From a virus (taxonomy: Duplodnaviria; Caudoviricetes), in the IMG/VR virus record IMGVR_UViG_3300015370_000003, positions 1-45,754 of that record: a DNA stretch of 45,754 bases. One strand, written 5' to 3'. Made by a program: the position numbers and the translations under genes. This document shows positions 1-7,886 of the stretch, one piece after another. Position 1 is the first letter of the stretch. Every line of letters starts with the position of its first letter. A model generated the notes under the pieces. It was not told the origin of the DNA. It made no database searches and saw only the letters and a list, made by a program, of their open reading frames with translations.

Positions 1-123
1 AAGGAAAAAACAAGCCGAACAAATAAATAATATATAATTTTATGTTAAATAAGTGGATTAATACAATTCAATGCGGGGATTCCGAAGAATTATTAAAACA
101 ACTGCCTGAAAATTCAATAGACT
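1..123. repeat. Terminal direct repeat / circular assembly overlap (copy at 45632-45754)
   Basis: Bases 1-123 are identical to 45632-45754; the end of ORF 45282..45668 and the start of the MTase run through the join. Confidence 0.95.
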
Positions 124-2708
124 CTGTTGTTTGCGATCCTCCTTACGAACTGGGATTTATGGGTAAAAAATGGGATAACACAGGAATAGCTTATAGGGTA
201 GAATTATGGCGCGAATGTTTAAGAGTGTTAAAGCCTGGTGGACACTTATTATCCTTTGGAGGCACAAGAACCTATCACAGAATGGCAGTAGCTATTGAAG
301 ACGCAGGGTTTGAGGTGAGAGATATGATTGAATGGGTATATGGTTGCTTGTCAGAAGATACAGAAATATTGACTGAAAGTGGCTACAAGCCCTTGCGTAA
401 ACTCACACAATATGATAGAATAGGGGTATATGATATTACAAACAACATTTACAAATGGGAAAGACCGCAAAGGTATAGTGTCTATAAAGTCCACCAAGAT
501 ACCGCTTACCGAATTAAATCAGATTACACAGACCAAATTGTCAGTAGAAACCACCGTTGCCTTGTTGAACGAGAAGGAAAACTTGTATTCATTACCGCAG
601 AGGAACTCAATGAAGTGGAGTATATGCCGACATTGTCAGAAGATTTTTATTCATTACAGGAAAACTCAAATAGGAAACTATTGCTCAAAGAGTTGTTGTG
701 GAAAGGCAAAGGATTGGCTAAAAAACTATTCAGCAAATGGACTGGGGAAAAAATGTCCGAGCAAAGGATTGAAGTTAGAAAAGAACCCAGCTTGGAAAGG
801 TGGAGTAACTTACTGGAGGAAACACGGAAACTACAAGCCGATAAAATATGTGAGGTGTCCGAAGGAGTTTTTACCGATGGCGAGAAAAGATGGATATGTA
901 ATGGAACATCGTTTGATAATGGCTCAATTCTTGGGAATATGTTTAGAGAGAACCCAAGTAGTGCATCATATCAATCACGACCCACAGGACAACCGACTGG
1001 AAAACCTGATGTTATTTCAATCAAACAAGGAACACAAATTACACGAAGGGCGAGAGTTGAGAAAATTGAATACTCAGGCATAATCTTTTGCCCGACTGTT
1101 TCAACAGGGGCTTTTATTGCTCGTAGAAATGGGCAAGTGTTTATTACTGGGAATAGTGGCTTTCCAAAAAGTTTAAATATCGGGAAAAAAATAGACCAGT
1201 TGCAGGGGAATGAGAGGGAAATAACTGGAGAAAATCCTAATTATAGACCAGTATCAGGCAAAGAAGGATATTTAGGCGAAAGTAATTTTAGACAAACAGA
1301 TGGAATGAGTATATCCACCAAAGGAACTTCCGAATGGGAAGGCTGGGGAACTGCGACCAAGCCCGCACACGAACCTATCTGTATGGCACGAAAGCCCCTA
1401 TCAGAAAAGACAGTAGCCGAGAATGTTCTTAAATGGGGAACAGGTGGAATAAATATAGATGAGAGTAGGGTGGGGACAGATGGAGGAACTGCAAAAGGAA
1501 CTTTTCCAAATGAAGATAGTAATGGTATTTATGGCAACGGATTTAATGGTGCTTGTGAAATAAAAGATATTGGTATGGGTCGCTTCCCTGCCAATTTGAT
1601 ACTTTCAGCAGATGAAGACGGACAAGTCAGTGAAGAAGTAAGAGAGTGTTTTCCTGAAACTAATACTCACGGAGGCGGAAAAGTTAAAATACAAAAAGGG
1701 CATTGGTTAAAAGGTGGTTATATTGATTATGATAAGTTAAATAGATACCAAAACGACTCAGGCAACGCCAGCAGATTTTTTCGGGCTATTCCACAAGTGG
1801 TTGACTATAATGATTTTTTAATATACAATAGAAGTATATTAACTAACATTAAACAACTATGTGGACAACACTCAACAAAAAAGAAAACAGATATTATTTT
1901 GGATGGCGTAATAAAGGAAGCCGAAAAGTTTATACAAGACGCAGAGCTTCTTATATTTGGGAACAGCAAAATGGAAAAGTTCCTGACGGATACTGCATCC
2001 ACCACAAAAACCTTGATAGCACAGATGACCGAATTGAAAACCTTGAATGTATTACCAAGCTGGCTCATTATGAAATTCACGGAAGATTACGAGAAGACCA
2101 TAAAATTATTAAAGGAATTGAACACCGAAGATGTCAAAAATGCCGAGAGTATAAACCACTTAATTGCTTTCAAAAGAGAAATGCTGGAACTTATCAGGGA
2201 TATTGCAAGGAATGTAGTTATGGGGAACTCCGAAAATGGCAAATTGAAAACAGAGAACGAGTCAACGCTTACGCCAGAGAATACCAACGAAAACATCAAA
2301 AAGAATATAGGAAAAGAAAAAAACTTTAAATCAATAATATATCAAGCAAAGGCAAGTAAGAGCGAGCGGAATAAGGGGTGTGAGGGGTTGGAGGAGAAAG
2401 TAAAAGTGTTCAATGGGCAATCTGACAAACCAAGTGAAGATATGAAAGATGTAGAGAAAAGATTTACTACACTGCCAAAAGCCAACAACCATCCGACCGT
2501 AAAACCAATCGCCCTTATGGAATACCTTATCAAAATGGTAACTCCTAAAGGTGGAATAGTATTAGACCCCTTTGCAGGTTCAGGCTCAACATTAGTTGCC
2601 TCTAAACAAAATGGTTTTCAGTATATTGGAATAGAATTAGATTTTGAATACTGTAAAATAGCGGAAGCAAGAATTAAAAGCATTAAAAAACAACAAACTT
2701 TAATATAA
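42..2708 (+). CDS. DNA amino-methyltransferase (N6A/N4C, beta class) interrupted by an intein and a second in-frame insertion
   Basis: N-terminal DPPY motif; C-terminal HPTVKP...VLDPFAGSGST; the typical phage MTase segments WVYG/SGFPKS and ASRFF/YQAKAS are each split by an insertion. Confidence 0.95.
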   Translation: MLNKWINTIQCGDSEELLKQLPENSIDSVVCDPPYELGFMGKKWDNTGIAYRVELWRECLRVLKPGGHLLSFGGTRTYHRMAVAIEDAGFEVRDMIEWVYGCLSEDTEILTESGYKPLRKLTQYDRIGVYDITNNIYKWERPQRYSVYKVHQDTAYRIKSDYTDQIVSRNHRCLVEREGKLVFITAEELNEVEYMPTLSEDFYSLQENSNRKLLLKELLWKGKGLAKKLFSKWTGEKMSEQRIEVRKEPSLERWSNLLEETRKLQADKICEVSEGVFTDGEKRWICNGTSFDNGSILGNMFRENPSSASYQSRPTGQPTGKPDVISIKQGTQITRRARVEKIEYSGIIFCPTVSTGAFIARRNGQVFITGNSGFPKSLNIGKKIDQLQGNEREITGENPNYRPVSGKEGYLGESNFRQTDGMSISTKGTSEWEGWGTATKPAHEPICMARKPLSEKTVAENVLKWGTGGINIDESRVGTDGGTAKGTFPNEDSNGIYGNGFNGACEIKDIGMGRFPANLILSADEDGQVSEEVRECFPETNTHGGGKVKIQKGHWLKGGYIDYDKLNRYQNDSGNASRFFRAIPQVVDYNDFLIYNRSILTNIKQLCGQHSTKKKTDIILDGVIKEAEKFIQDAELLIFGNSKMEKFLTDTASTTKTLIAQMTELKTLNVLPSWLIMKFTEDYEKTIKLLKELNTEDVKNAESINHLIAFKREMLELIRDIARNVVMGNSENGKLKTENESTLTPENTNENIKKNIGKEKNFKSIIYQAKASKSERNKGCEGLEEKVKVFNGQSDKPSEDMKDVEKRFTTLPKANNHPTVKPIALMEYLIKMVTPKGGIVLDPFAGSGSTLVASKQNGFQYIGIELDFEYCKIAEARIKSIKKQQTLI
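393..421 (+). promoter_or_regulatory. sigma70-type promoter inside the intein coding sequence, upstream of nested HNH-1
   Basis: TTGCGT(393-398)-17 bp-TAGAAT(416-421) with extended -10 TG; ATG at 430 lies about at the predicted start site. Confidence 0.6.
430..1083 (+). CDS. HNH homing endonuclease overprinted in the +1 frame of the intein (start 430 or 610)
   Basis: CRHC...YCSKSC Zn finger, KNPAWKGG motif, GYVMEHRL...VHHINHDPQDNRLENL HNH core; lies entirely within the intein. Confidence 0.88.
   Translation: MILQTTFTNGKDRKGIVSIKSTKIPLTELNQITQTKLSVETTVALLNEKENLYSLPQRNSMKWSICRHCQKIFIHYRKTQIGNYCSKSCCGKAKDWLKNYSANGLGKKCPSKGLKLEKNPAWKGGVTYWRKHGNYKPIKYVRCPKEFLPMARKDGYVMEHRLIMAQFLGICLERTQVVHHINHDPQDNRLENLMLFQSNKEHKLHEGRELRKLNTQA
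1782..2327 (+). mobile_element. In-frame insertion (~182 codons) without intein motifs, carrying nested HNH-2; boundaries approximate
   Basis: Separates ASRFF from KSIIYQAKASKSER; contains a promoter and an HNH ORF whose stop (2327-2329) coincides with the right edge. Confidence 0.75.
1801..1829 (+). promoter_or_regulatory. sigma70-type promoter for nested HNH-2
   Basis: TTGACT(1801-1806)-17 bp-TACAAT(1824-1829), about 30 bp before ATG 1859. Confidence 0.75.
1859..2329 (+). CDS. HNH endonuclease overprinted in the +2 frame of the MTase
   Basis: YIWEQQNGKVPDGYCIHHKNLDSTDDRIENLECI HNH core; C-terminal CQKC...YCKEC Zn finger; A-rich leader like other genes here. Confidence 0.88.
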   Translation: MWTTLNKKENRYYFGWRNKGSRKVYTRRRASYIWEQQNGKVPDGYCIHHKNLDSTDDRIENLECITKLAHYEIHGRLREDHKIIKGIEHRRCQKCREYKPLNCFQKRNAGTYQGYCKECSYGELRKWQIENRERVNAYAREYQRKHQKEYRKRKKL

Positions 2709-2740
2709 TAAATAAAACTTAATTTTCCGCTATAGTTAGC

Positions 2741-2783
2741 TGTGGATAACTGCCTTGCAGTGTATTATATTAGCTGGTATAAT
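2741..2783 (+). promoter_or_regulatory. sigma70 promoter with adjacent DnaA box
   Basis: TGTGGATAA (2741-2749); TTGCAG(2755-2760)-17 bp-TATAAT(2778-2783), extended -10. Confidence 0.75.
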
Positions 2784-2805
2784 ACTAATATCAAACAATA
2801 AAAAT

Positions 2806-2940
2806 ATGAACACACCAAATAAAGTTTTCCGAATTTCAGACGCTACATTTAAGCAGTTGAAAAAACTAAAAAAACAAAATAACTCTGAAACTTGGGACGA
2901 TTTCTTTAAAAAATTGATAAAACAATTATGCAAATCTTAA
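2806..2940 (+). CDS. Small ribbon-helix-helix-like regulator (44 aa)
   Basis: KVFRISDATFKQLKKLK...TWDDFFKKLI pattern; first gene after the promoter; ATG 2806 preferred over TTG 2755. Confidence 0.55.
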   Translation: MNTPNKVFRISDATFKQLKKLKKQNNSETWDDFFKKLIKQLCKS

Positions 2941-3094
2941 CTTGGCGCGGTATAAAAAACTTTGACGCTCGGCAACAAAACAAAAAGTTCTTTGATAAAA
3001 TTATAAAGGTCGGCAACGAAATTCTATTGCTTGCATTAATAGCAGGCGAAATTTCAATAATTTACGAATTTATAAAAAATTATTAAAAAACAAT

Positions 3095-3490
3095 ATGACA
3101 AACAAAGAAAAACAAATTGAGTTTCAAAAAAAGTTTGGAGGTGAGATTAAAGGTGATTGGCTGGTTTTTATCGGTGATTTGGATTGCTCTAATAATCAAT
3201 TAACATCCCTACCTGACAATCTTAAAGTTGGTTGTAGTTTGTATTGCTCTAATAATAAATTAACATCCCTACCTGATAATCTTGAAGTTGGCGGTTATTT
3301 TGATTGCTCTGATAATCAATTAACATCACTACCTGATAATCTTGAAGTTGGCGGTGGTTTGTATTGTTCTGATAATCAATTAACATCCCTACCTGACAAT
3401 TTAAAAGTTGGCGGTGGTTTTGATTGCTCTAATAATCAATTAACATCCCTGCCTTATAATCTTGATGTTGGCGGTGAAATTTATAAATAA
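3095..3490 (+). CDS. Leucine-rich repeat protein (5 x 20 aa)
   Basis: Repeats such as LDCSNNQLTSLPDNLKVG; 60-bp DNA repeats at about 3178-3477. Confidence 0.85.
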   Translation: MTNKEKQIEFQKKFGGEIKGDWLVFIGDLDCSNNQLTSLPDNLKVGCSLYCSNNKLTSLPDNLEVGGYFDCSDNQLTSLPDNLEVGGGLYCSDNQLTSLPDNLKVGGGFDCSNNQLTSLPYNLDVGGEIYK

Positions 3491-3500
3491 AAAAAACAAT

Positions 3501-3704
3501 ATGATAAAACAATTTGAAGAATTAAAAAAAGAATTAATCAAAATTAACAACGAAACAATTTTAAAAATTAATTTACTTTTTCGTGAAACGGAGGCAGAGC
3601 TAAAAAAACAAATTGAAGTATTGGAAGAACTACAAAAGCCGACAGATGAGGAAATGCTTGACTATATTGAAACACATAATCCGGAGTTCGAAACTAATAA
3701 CTAA
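3501..3704 (+). CDS. Hypothetical coiled-coil protein
   Basis: ORF with the recurring AAAAAAACAAT-ATG leader. Confidence 0.6.
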   Translation: MIKQFEELKKELIKINNETILKINLLFRETEAELKKQIEVLEELQKPTDEEMLDYIETHNPEFETNN

Positions 3705-3716
3705 AAAATAATTATG

Positions 3717-3787
3717 TGCAACGGAGGGGGATTGAGATTAGGAAGGTTCTTTCATAATTGTCCTTTCTTAATCTCGCCTCCATTGCA
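3717..3787 (+). ncRNA. Long intergenic hairpin, putative small RNA
   Basis: TGCAA..GGAGG..GAGATTAGGAAGG pairs with CCTTTCTTAATCTC..CCTCC.TTGCA; loop contains TTTCATAATT. Confidence 0.5.
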
Positions 3788-3795
3788 AAAAACTT

Positions 3796-4524
3796 ATGAA
3801 AAACGAAACAACAAAAAGCGAAAAATCGCAAAAAAAAGAGGAGAAAAAAACTATTGATTTTTCTAAAATTTATCAAGAATTAATAAAAGCAGTTGAAAAT
3901 TTACCAAAAGAAGCAATAGAAAAAGCAAAAAAGGAAATAACAAGAAAAGGATATGACACGACTGGTTATCAATATCAATTTTTAGTTAATGTTTTAAATG
4001 AAACAATAGGTATGGATAATTGGGATTATGACTACGAACTGAAAAAAGAAATTGAGGGTAAATGGGCAAATGGAAAAAGTTTTTGGGAAATAACAGTTGA
4101 AATGAAAATTGAAATTTATGGAAAAAAAAGAAAATGCGTAGGAGGTCATAAAGCAGAAATGTATTCTGACGCATATAAAGGCGCAATAACAAATTCATTT
4201 AAAAAAACATTAGGATTTTTTGGAGTAGGTAAAAAGGCTTATGAGGGAACAATAGATGAAGATTATTTGCCTGTTCCGAATGAAACACAAAACACAGCGC
4301 CAAAAGCACCAGTAGTGCCGATAGCGCCAAAAATTTCACCGTTAATGGAACTAAAAGCAAAACTTGTTGAAATAGGCAAAGCAAATAAAAGAGAAATTAA
4401 AGACGAACGAATGGCGCTTGAATTATTGGAAGTTAAGACTGGAGTTAAGCCAAAGAAGTTTGCTGATATGACAGACGATGATATTTCAAACTCATTAGAT
4501 GTTTTAAAAAATATTCCTTTTTAA
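3796..4524 (+). CDS. Rad52/Rad22-family (Sak-like) ssDNA annealing protein
   Basis: YQFLVNVLNETIGMDNW...AYKGAITNSFKKTLGFFGVG pattern; recombination-module context. Confidence 0.75.
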   Translation: MKNETTKSEKSQKKEEKKTIDFSKIYQELIKAVENLPKEAIEKAKKEITRKGYDTTGYQYQFLVNVLNETIGMDNWDYDYELKKEIEGKWANGKSFWEITVEMKIEIYGKKRKCVGGHKAEMYSDAYKGAITNSFKKTLGFFGVGKKAYEGTIDEDYLPVPNETQNTAPKAPVVPIAPKISPLMELKAKLVEIGKANKREIKDERMALELLEVKTGVKPKKFADMTDDDISNSLDVLKNIPF

Positions 4525-4537
4525 TAAAAAAAACAAT

Positions 4538-5140
4538 ATGGAAAAAAAATTAAAAATAGAAAAAATAGAATTATATTATTATAAAAATAATGAAAAAATA
4601 GTAACTGATATTAATAATACAGAAACTTATCCAGAAAATATTTCTGGTGATGTAAGTGGAATTTTTGGTAATGTAGGCAGAATTTCTGGTGATGTAGGCG
4701 GAATTTCTGGTAATGTAAGTGGAATTTTTGGTAATGTAAGCAGAATTTCTGGTAATGTAAGCAGAATTTTTGGTAATGTAAGCAGAATTTCTGGTGATGT
4801 AAGTGGAATTTTTGGTAATGTAAGCAGAATTTCTGGTGATGTAGGCGGAATTTCTGGTAATGTAAGTGGAATTTTTGGTAATGTAAGTGGAATTTTTGGT
4901 AATGTAAGCAGAATTTCTGGTGATGTAATTGGAATTTTTGGTAATGTAAGCAGAATTTCTGGTAATGTAAGCAGAATTTCTGGTAATGTAAGCAGAATTT
5001 CTGGTGATGTAATTGGAATTTTTGGTGATGTAAGTGGAATTTTTGGTGATGTAAGCAGAATTTCTGGTGATGTTGATAAATGCGTTATAACAGAAAATGA
5101 TCGCAAAAAAGGAATAAATATTAAAGATTTAATTCAATAA
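4538..5140 (+). CDS. Heptapeptide-repeat (I[SF]G[DN]V[SGI][GR]) solenoid-like protein
   Basis: About 21 tandem 21-bp units at 4640-5074. Confidence 0.75.
   Translation: MEKKLKIEKIELYYYKNNEKIVTDINNTETYPENISGDVSGIFGNVGRISGDVGGISGNVSGIFGNVSRISGNVSRIFGNVSRISGDVSGIFGNVSRISGDVGGISGNVSGIFGNVSGIFGNVSRISGDVIGIFGNVSRISGNVSRISGNVSRISGDVIGIFGDVSGIFGDVSRISGDVDKCVITENDRKKGINIKDLIQ
4640..5074 (+). repeat. 21-bp coding tandem repeat
   Basis: Unit approximately ATTTYTGGTRATGTARGYRGA, contiguous, no unique spacers. Confidence 0.95.
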
Positions 5141-5150
5141 AAAAAACAAT

Positions 5151-5630
5151 ATGGAAAAAAAATTATACAAAATCAACAAGGAAATACAAGATATAATTAA
5201 TATTGAAGATGATTTTGCGCGTGAAGCGGCGTTAAGCAATTGCAAACTATCACTTGAAGCAAAAGTGTCTGAGTTGGCAATGGAAATTAAAGAAAGTGAA
5301 ATGTATGTCAGCGGAATTGATGAAGCCATTGATCGCCTTAAAAAGCAAAAAGAATGGTTTATCAATCACAAAGAAACGATTGAAGAAGATATAATAAAGT
5401 CAATGCAGAACAACGGAATGAAAAAAGTTATTTTTAATAATTTCATTATATCACTTGGCAAAACTCCACCAGCAGTCAATATTGAAAACGAATTGCTTAT
5501 TCCTGACGAATATTGGAAGACAAAAGAAATCAGGACAATTGATAAAATAAAAATAAAACAAGTATTGAAAAATGGAGAGGAAATTGAAGGCGTAATATTA
5601 ACTCAAAGTGATAAATTAAACATAAAATAA
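5151..5630 (+). CDS. Siphovirus Gp157-like protein
   Basis: Coiled coil followed by KTPPAVNIENELLIPDEY...IDKIKIKQVLKNGEEIEGV. Confidence 0.8.
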   Translation: MEKKLYKINKEIQDIINIEDDFAREAALSNCKLSLEAKVSELAMEIKESEMYVSGIDEAIDRLKKQKEWFINHKETIEEDIIKSMQNNGMKKVIFNNFIISLGKTPPAVNIENELLIPDEYWKTKEIRTIDKIKIKQVLKNGEEIEGVILTQSDKLNIK

Positions 5631-5631
5631 T

Positions 5632-5865
5632 ATGAAAATTGGAGCATTGTGGTCAAAACAAAATAAGGAAGGAAAAACTTTTTTAACAGGAGTTATAAAC
5701 GACATTTCAGGCGATATAAGAATAGTTATTTTTCCAAACGATAAGAAAACACAGCCAAATCAGCCAGATTATAATATTGTAAGAAGTAAGCCATTTGACG
5801 GACAAAAAGGAAAACAGCAAGAACAACAGCAAAATGATGTGGATGTTAGCGGAATTAATTTTTAA
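5632..5865 (+). CDS. DUF736-like small protein, possibly ssDNA-binding
   Basis: KIGALWSK...FLTG...NQPDY motifs and an acidic/aromatic C-terminal tail. Confidence 0.6.
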   Translation: MKIGALWSKQNKEGKTFLTGVINDISGDIRIVIFPNDKKTQPNQPDYNIVRSKPFDGQKGKQQEQQQNDVDVSGINF

Positions 5866-5870
5866 AAAAT

Positions 5871-6146
5871 ATGGACAACAAAACAAAAGAAATTTTAAGA
5901 GGAGAACTTGAAAAAATAGTTGAATTAGATAGTAATGGATTTATAGCTATCGGAGTTAAAAAACATAATGACGAAAAAAATAATATGGCTTTGTCTTTTA
6001 TTAGTAATGGATACACAATAGACGATGTGTTGGTGAGTATAATTAAAGGATATTTTTTACAAAATGAAGAAAATATAATATCAAAAAAATTAAAAATTAG
6101 TATTTTATTGAGAGAAGTTAAAAAATTGCTGAAACGGAATATATAA
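5871..6146 (+). CDS. Hypothetical protein
   Basis: ORF in operon with typical leader. Confidence 0.6.
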   Translation: MDNKTKEILRGELEKIVELDSNGFIAIGVKKHNDEKNNMALSFISNGYTIDDVLVSIIKGYFLQNEENIISKKLKISILLREVKKLLKRNI

Positions 6147-6265
6147 AATTTCTACTTATGTAGATATATAAAGGAAAAATCGGCTAAGGCTGATTTAATC
6201 CTTTGCTTGTGCGGGTAAGGCTGATTATTGTGTCAGCCTCCTGCACAGGAGTAAAAAACAATTAT

Positions 6266-6715
6266 ATGAAGATAACACCACAATTTGAGGCGAAAGTTGA
6301 AGACGGAAAACTTGTTTTTTCTGAATATGTTAAAATAAGAATGAAAGAATATCTGCAAGGATTAATTGGTAAAAAAATTGTATTCAGCATAAAAGAACAT
6401 AAAAACACAAGATCAGACAGACAAAATCGGTATTATTGGGGAGTAGTTTTGCAAATGTTATCAGAAGAAACAGGGCACAAAGCCGAAGAATTGCACGAAA
6501 TATTTAAAGAAAAGTTTGGTCTTAAAAATGAGATATATTTAAGCAACAAACAAAATGAAATGGAAATTGCAAATATAACTATAAGTACGACAAAATATAA
6601 CACAGCACAATTTGAGGAATATTTGGAGAAAATACGGAGGTGGTCGGCTGAATTTTATGAGTTATATATTCCTTTGCCGAACGAAGTTGATTTAAGTCAG
6701 GTTGAATATTATTAA
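6266..6715 (+). CDS. NinB/Orf-like recombination protein
   Basis: RSDRQNRYYWG...LHEIFK...STTKYNTAQFEEYLEKI...IPLP; ATG 6266 preferred over TTG 6203. Confidence 0.7.
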   Translation: MKITPQFEAKVEDGKLVFSEYVKIRMKEYLQGLIGKKIVFSIKEHKNTRSDRQNRYYWGVVLQMLSEETGHKAEELHEIFKEKFGLKNEIYLSNKQNEMEIANITISTTKYNTAQFEEYLEKIRRWSAEFYELYIPLPNEVDLSQVEYY

Positions 6716-6917
6716 AATAACTTAATACTATGAAATTAGCACAAAAAGCATTAAAACAATTCATTAATGATCAAAAAATCATACCTGAAAATTACGACCA
6801 AATAAAGACTTGGCTAAAAGATTTTGCTATTTATTTTGACGAGGGTTTTTATTTAGTTGACCATCTGGAAAAAAAGGATAGTTGCCTAACTCAAAATTAA
6901 CTAAAATAAATATATGT

Positions 6918-7103
6918 ATGGATAATACAGAAGAAACACTAAGAACTTTAATTTTTACAGCTCTTGGAGAAGAATCAGCTATTTTTATGAGCCAAGAAGT
7001 AAAAGGAACGGAAATCGTTATGCCATCGGAAGAACTTAGCAGAATTGGTGGAAAACTAGGGGATGATATTCTAAGATTATTTAAACCAGAGAATTATAAA
7101 TAA
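6918..7103 (+). CDS. Hypothetical protein
   Basis: ORF ending in the TAAATAACCCCCTAACA junction repeat. Confidence 0.5.
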   Translation: MDNTEETLRTLIFTALGEESAIFMSQEVKGTEIVMPSEELSRIGGKLGDDILRLFKPENYK

Positions 7104-7132
7104 CCCCCTAACAGGGAGTAATATATAAATAT

Positions 7133-7594
7133 ATGAAAAAAATAACAATTAAAAAATCAAGTAATGCAGATACAAGAACCTGCGACTGGACAAATGTTTC
7201 CAGAATAGAACTTTTAAGAAACAGCAAACAACATATTTTAGATGTAAGAAAGGGAATAAACTTTTTAATTGGGTTATTAAGAGAGGTTGGAAATAAACAC
7301 GATTTTACCAAAATAGATAATATAGATGAATTTTACGCAGATTTTCAAACTGGATTTAAGAAACAAGATTGGTGGAAAATGCACCAAAAAAAAGAACGCC
7401 ATCATTTCAATACAAAAAAGTATATTCAGAAAGATGTTAATTTAATTGACGTGTTAGAACAGTTAGTTGATGGCGTAATGGCTGGAATGGCAAGAAGCGG
7501 AAAATATCGTAAAGAAGTTCCAGACACTAAGCTTTTATTGAAAGCATACGAGAATACAGCGAAACTTTTATTAGATAATCTTGAAGTTAAATAA
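7133..7594 (+). CDS. HD-like metal-binding protein (DUF5662-like)
   Basis: H...HDFTK...H...RHH...DVLEQLVD pattern. Confidence 0.5.
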   Translation: MKKITIKKSSNADTRTCDWTNVSRIELLRNSKQHILDVRKGINFLIGLLREVGNKHDFTKIDNIDEFYADFQTGFKKQDWWKMHQKKERHHFNTKKYIQKDVNLIDVLEQLVDGVMAGMARSGKYRKEVPDTKLLLKAYENTAKLLLDNLEVK

Positions 7595-7886
7595 CCCCCT
7601 AACAAAAAATAATAAATAAATAGTATGCAAGTATATAACCAATGGCAAATAATACAAGGATTAGATGGGAGTTATGTTGTAAAAGATGGTAAATTAATCA
7701 AAATAATAAGAATTTCTTATTCTGAAAAATATTTTATCCAAACTGGCGAATGGGTAGAATATGAATTAGAAGATGGAATGATAATAAAATTTGGATAATT
7801 TGTAAAAGAGATTTATTAAGAGCGTTGGATTTTTTTGATAAAGAAAAAGAATCAATAGTTAAGTCAAGTAGAATATTATTAATTAA

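Larger units (their letters stand above)
345..1154 (+). mobile_element. Intein (270 aa, Cys1...Gly-Asn, +1 Ser) in the MTase
   Basis: Block A CLSEDTEILTESG at 345; block B-like DQIVSRNHR; block F/G YSGIIFCPTV...FIARRNGQVFITGN then S; removal restores WVYG-SGFPKS. Confidence 0.92.

Noticed and set aside
1782-2327. Second insertion as a canonical intein or group I/II intron
   Set aside because: No intein terminal residues or blocks, and almost no non-ORF sequence left for a ribozyme core. Not formally excluded without a covariance search or RT-PCR.
430-2329. Nested HNH ORFs as sequencing frameshift artefacts or chance shadow ORFs
   Set aside because: The MTase frame is open end to end with intact motifs on both sides of each insert, and each nested ORF has coherent HNH and Zn-finger motifs plus an upstream promoter.
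4640-5074. CRISPR array or DGR variable region
   Set aside because: Repeats are contiguous and coding with no unique spacers; no cas or reverse transcriptase gene is present.
4627-5106. Minus-strand 159-aa repeat ORF (LTLPEIL...)
   Set aside because: A stop-free antisense frame is expected from the 21-bp repeat; no supporting leader or operon context.
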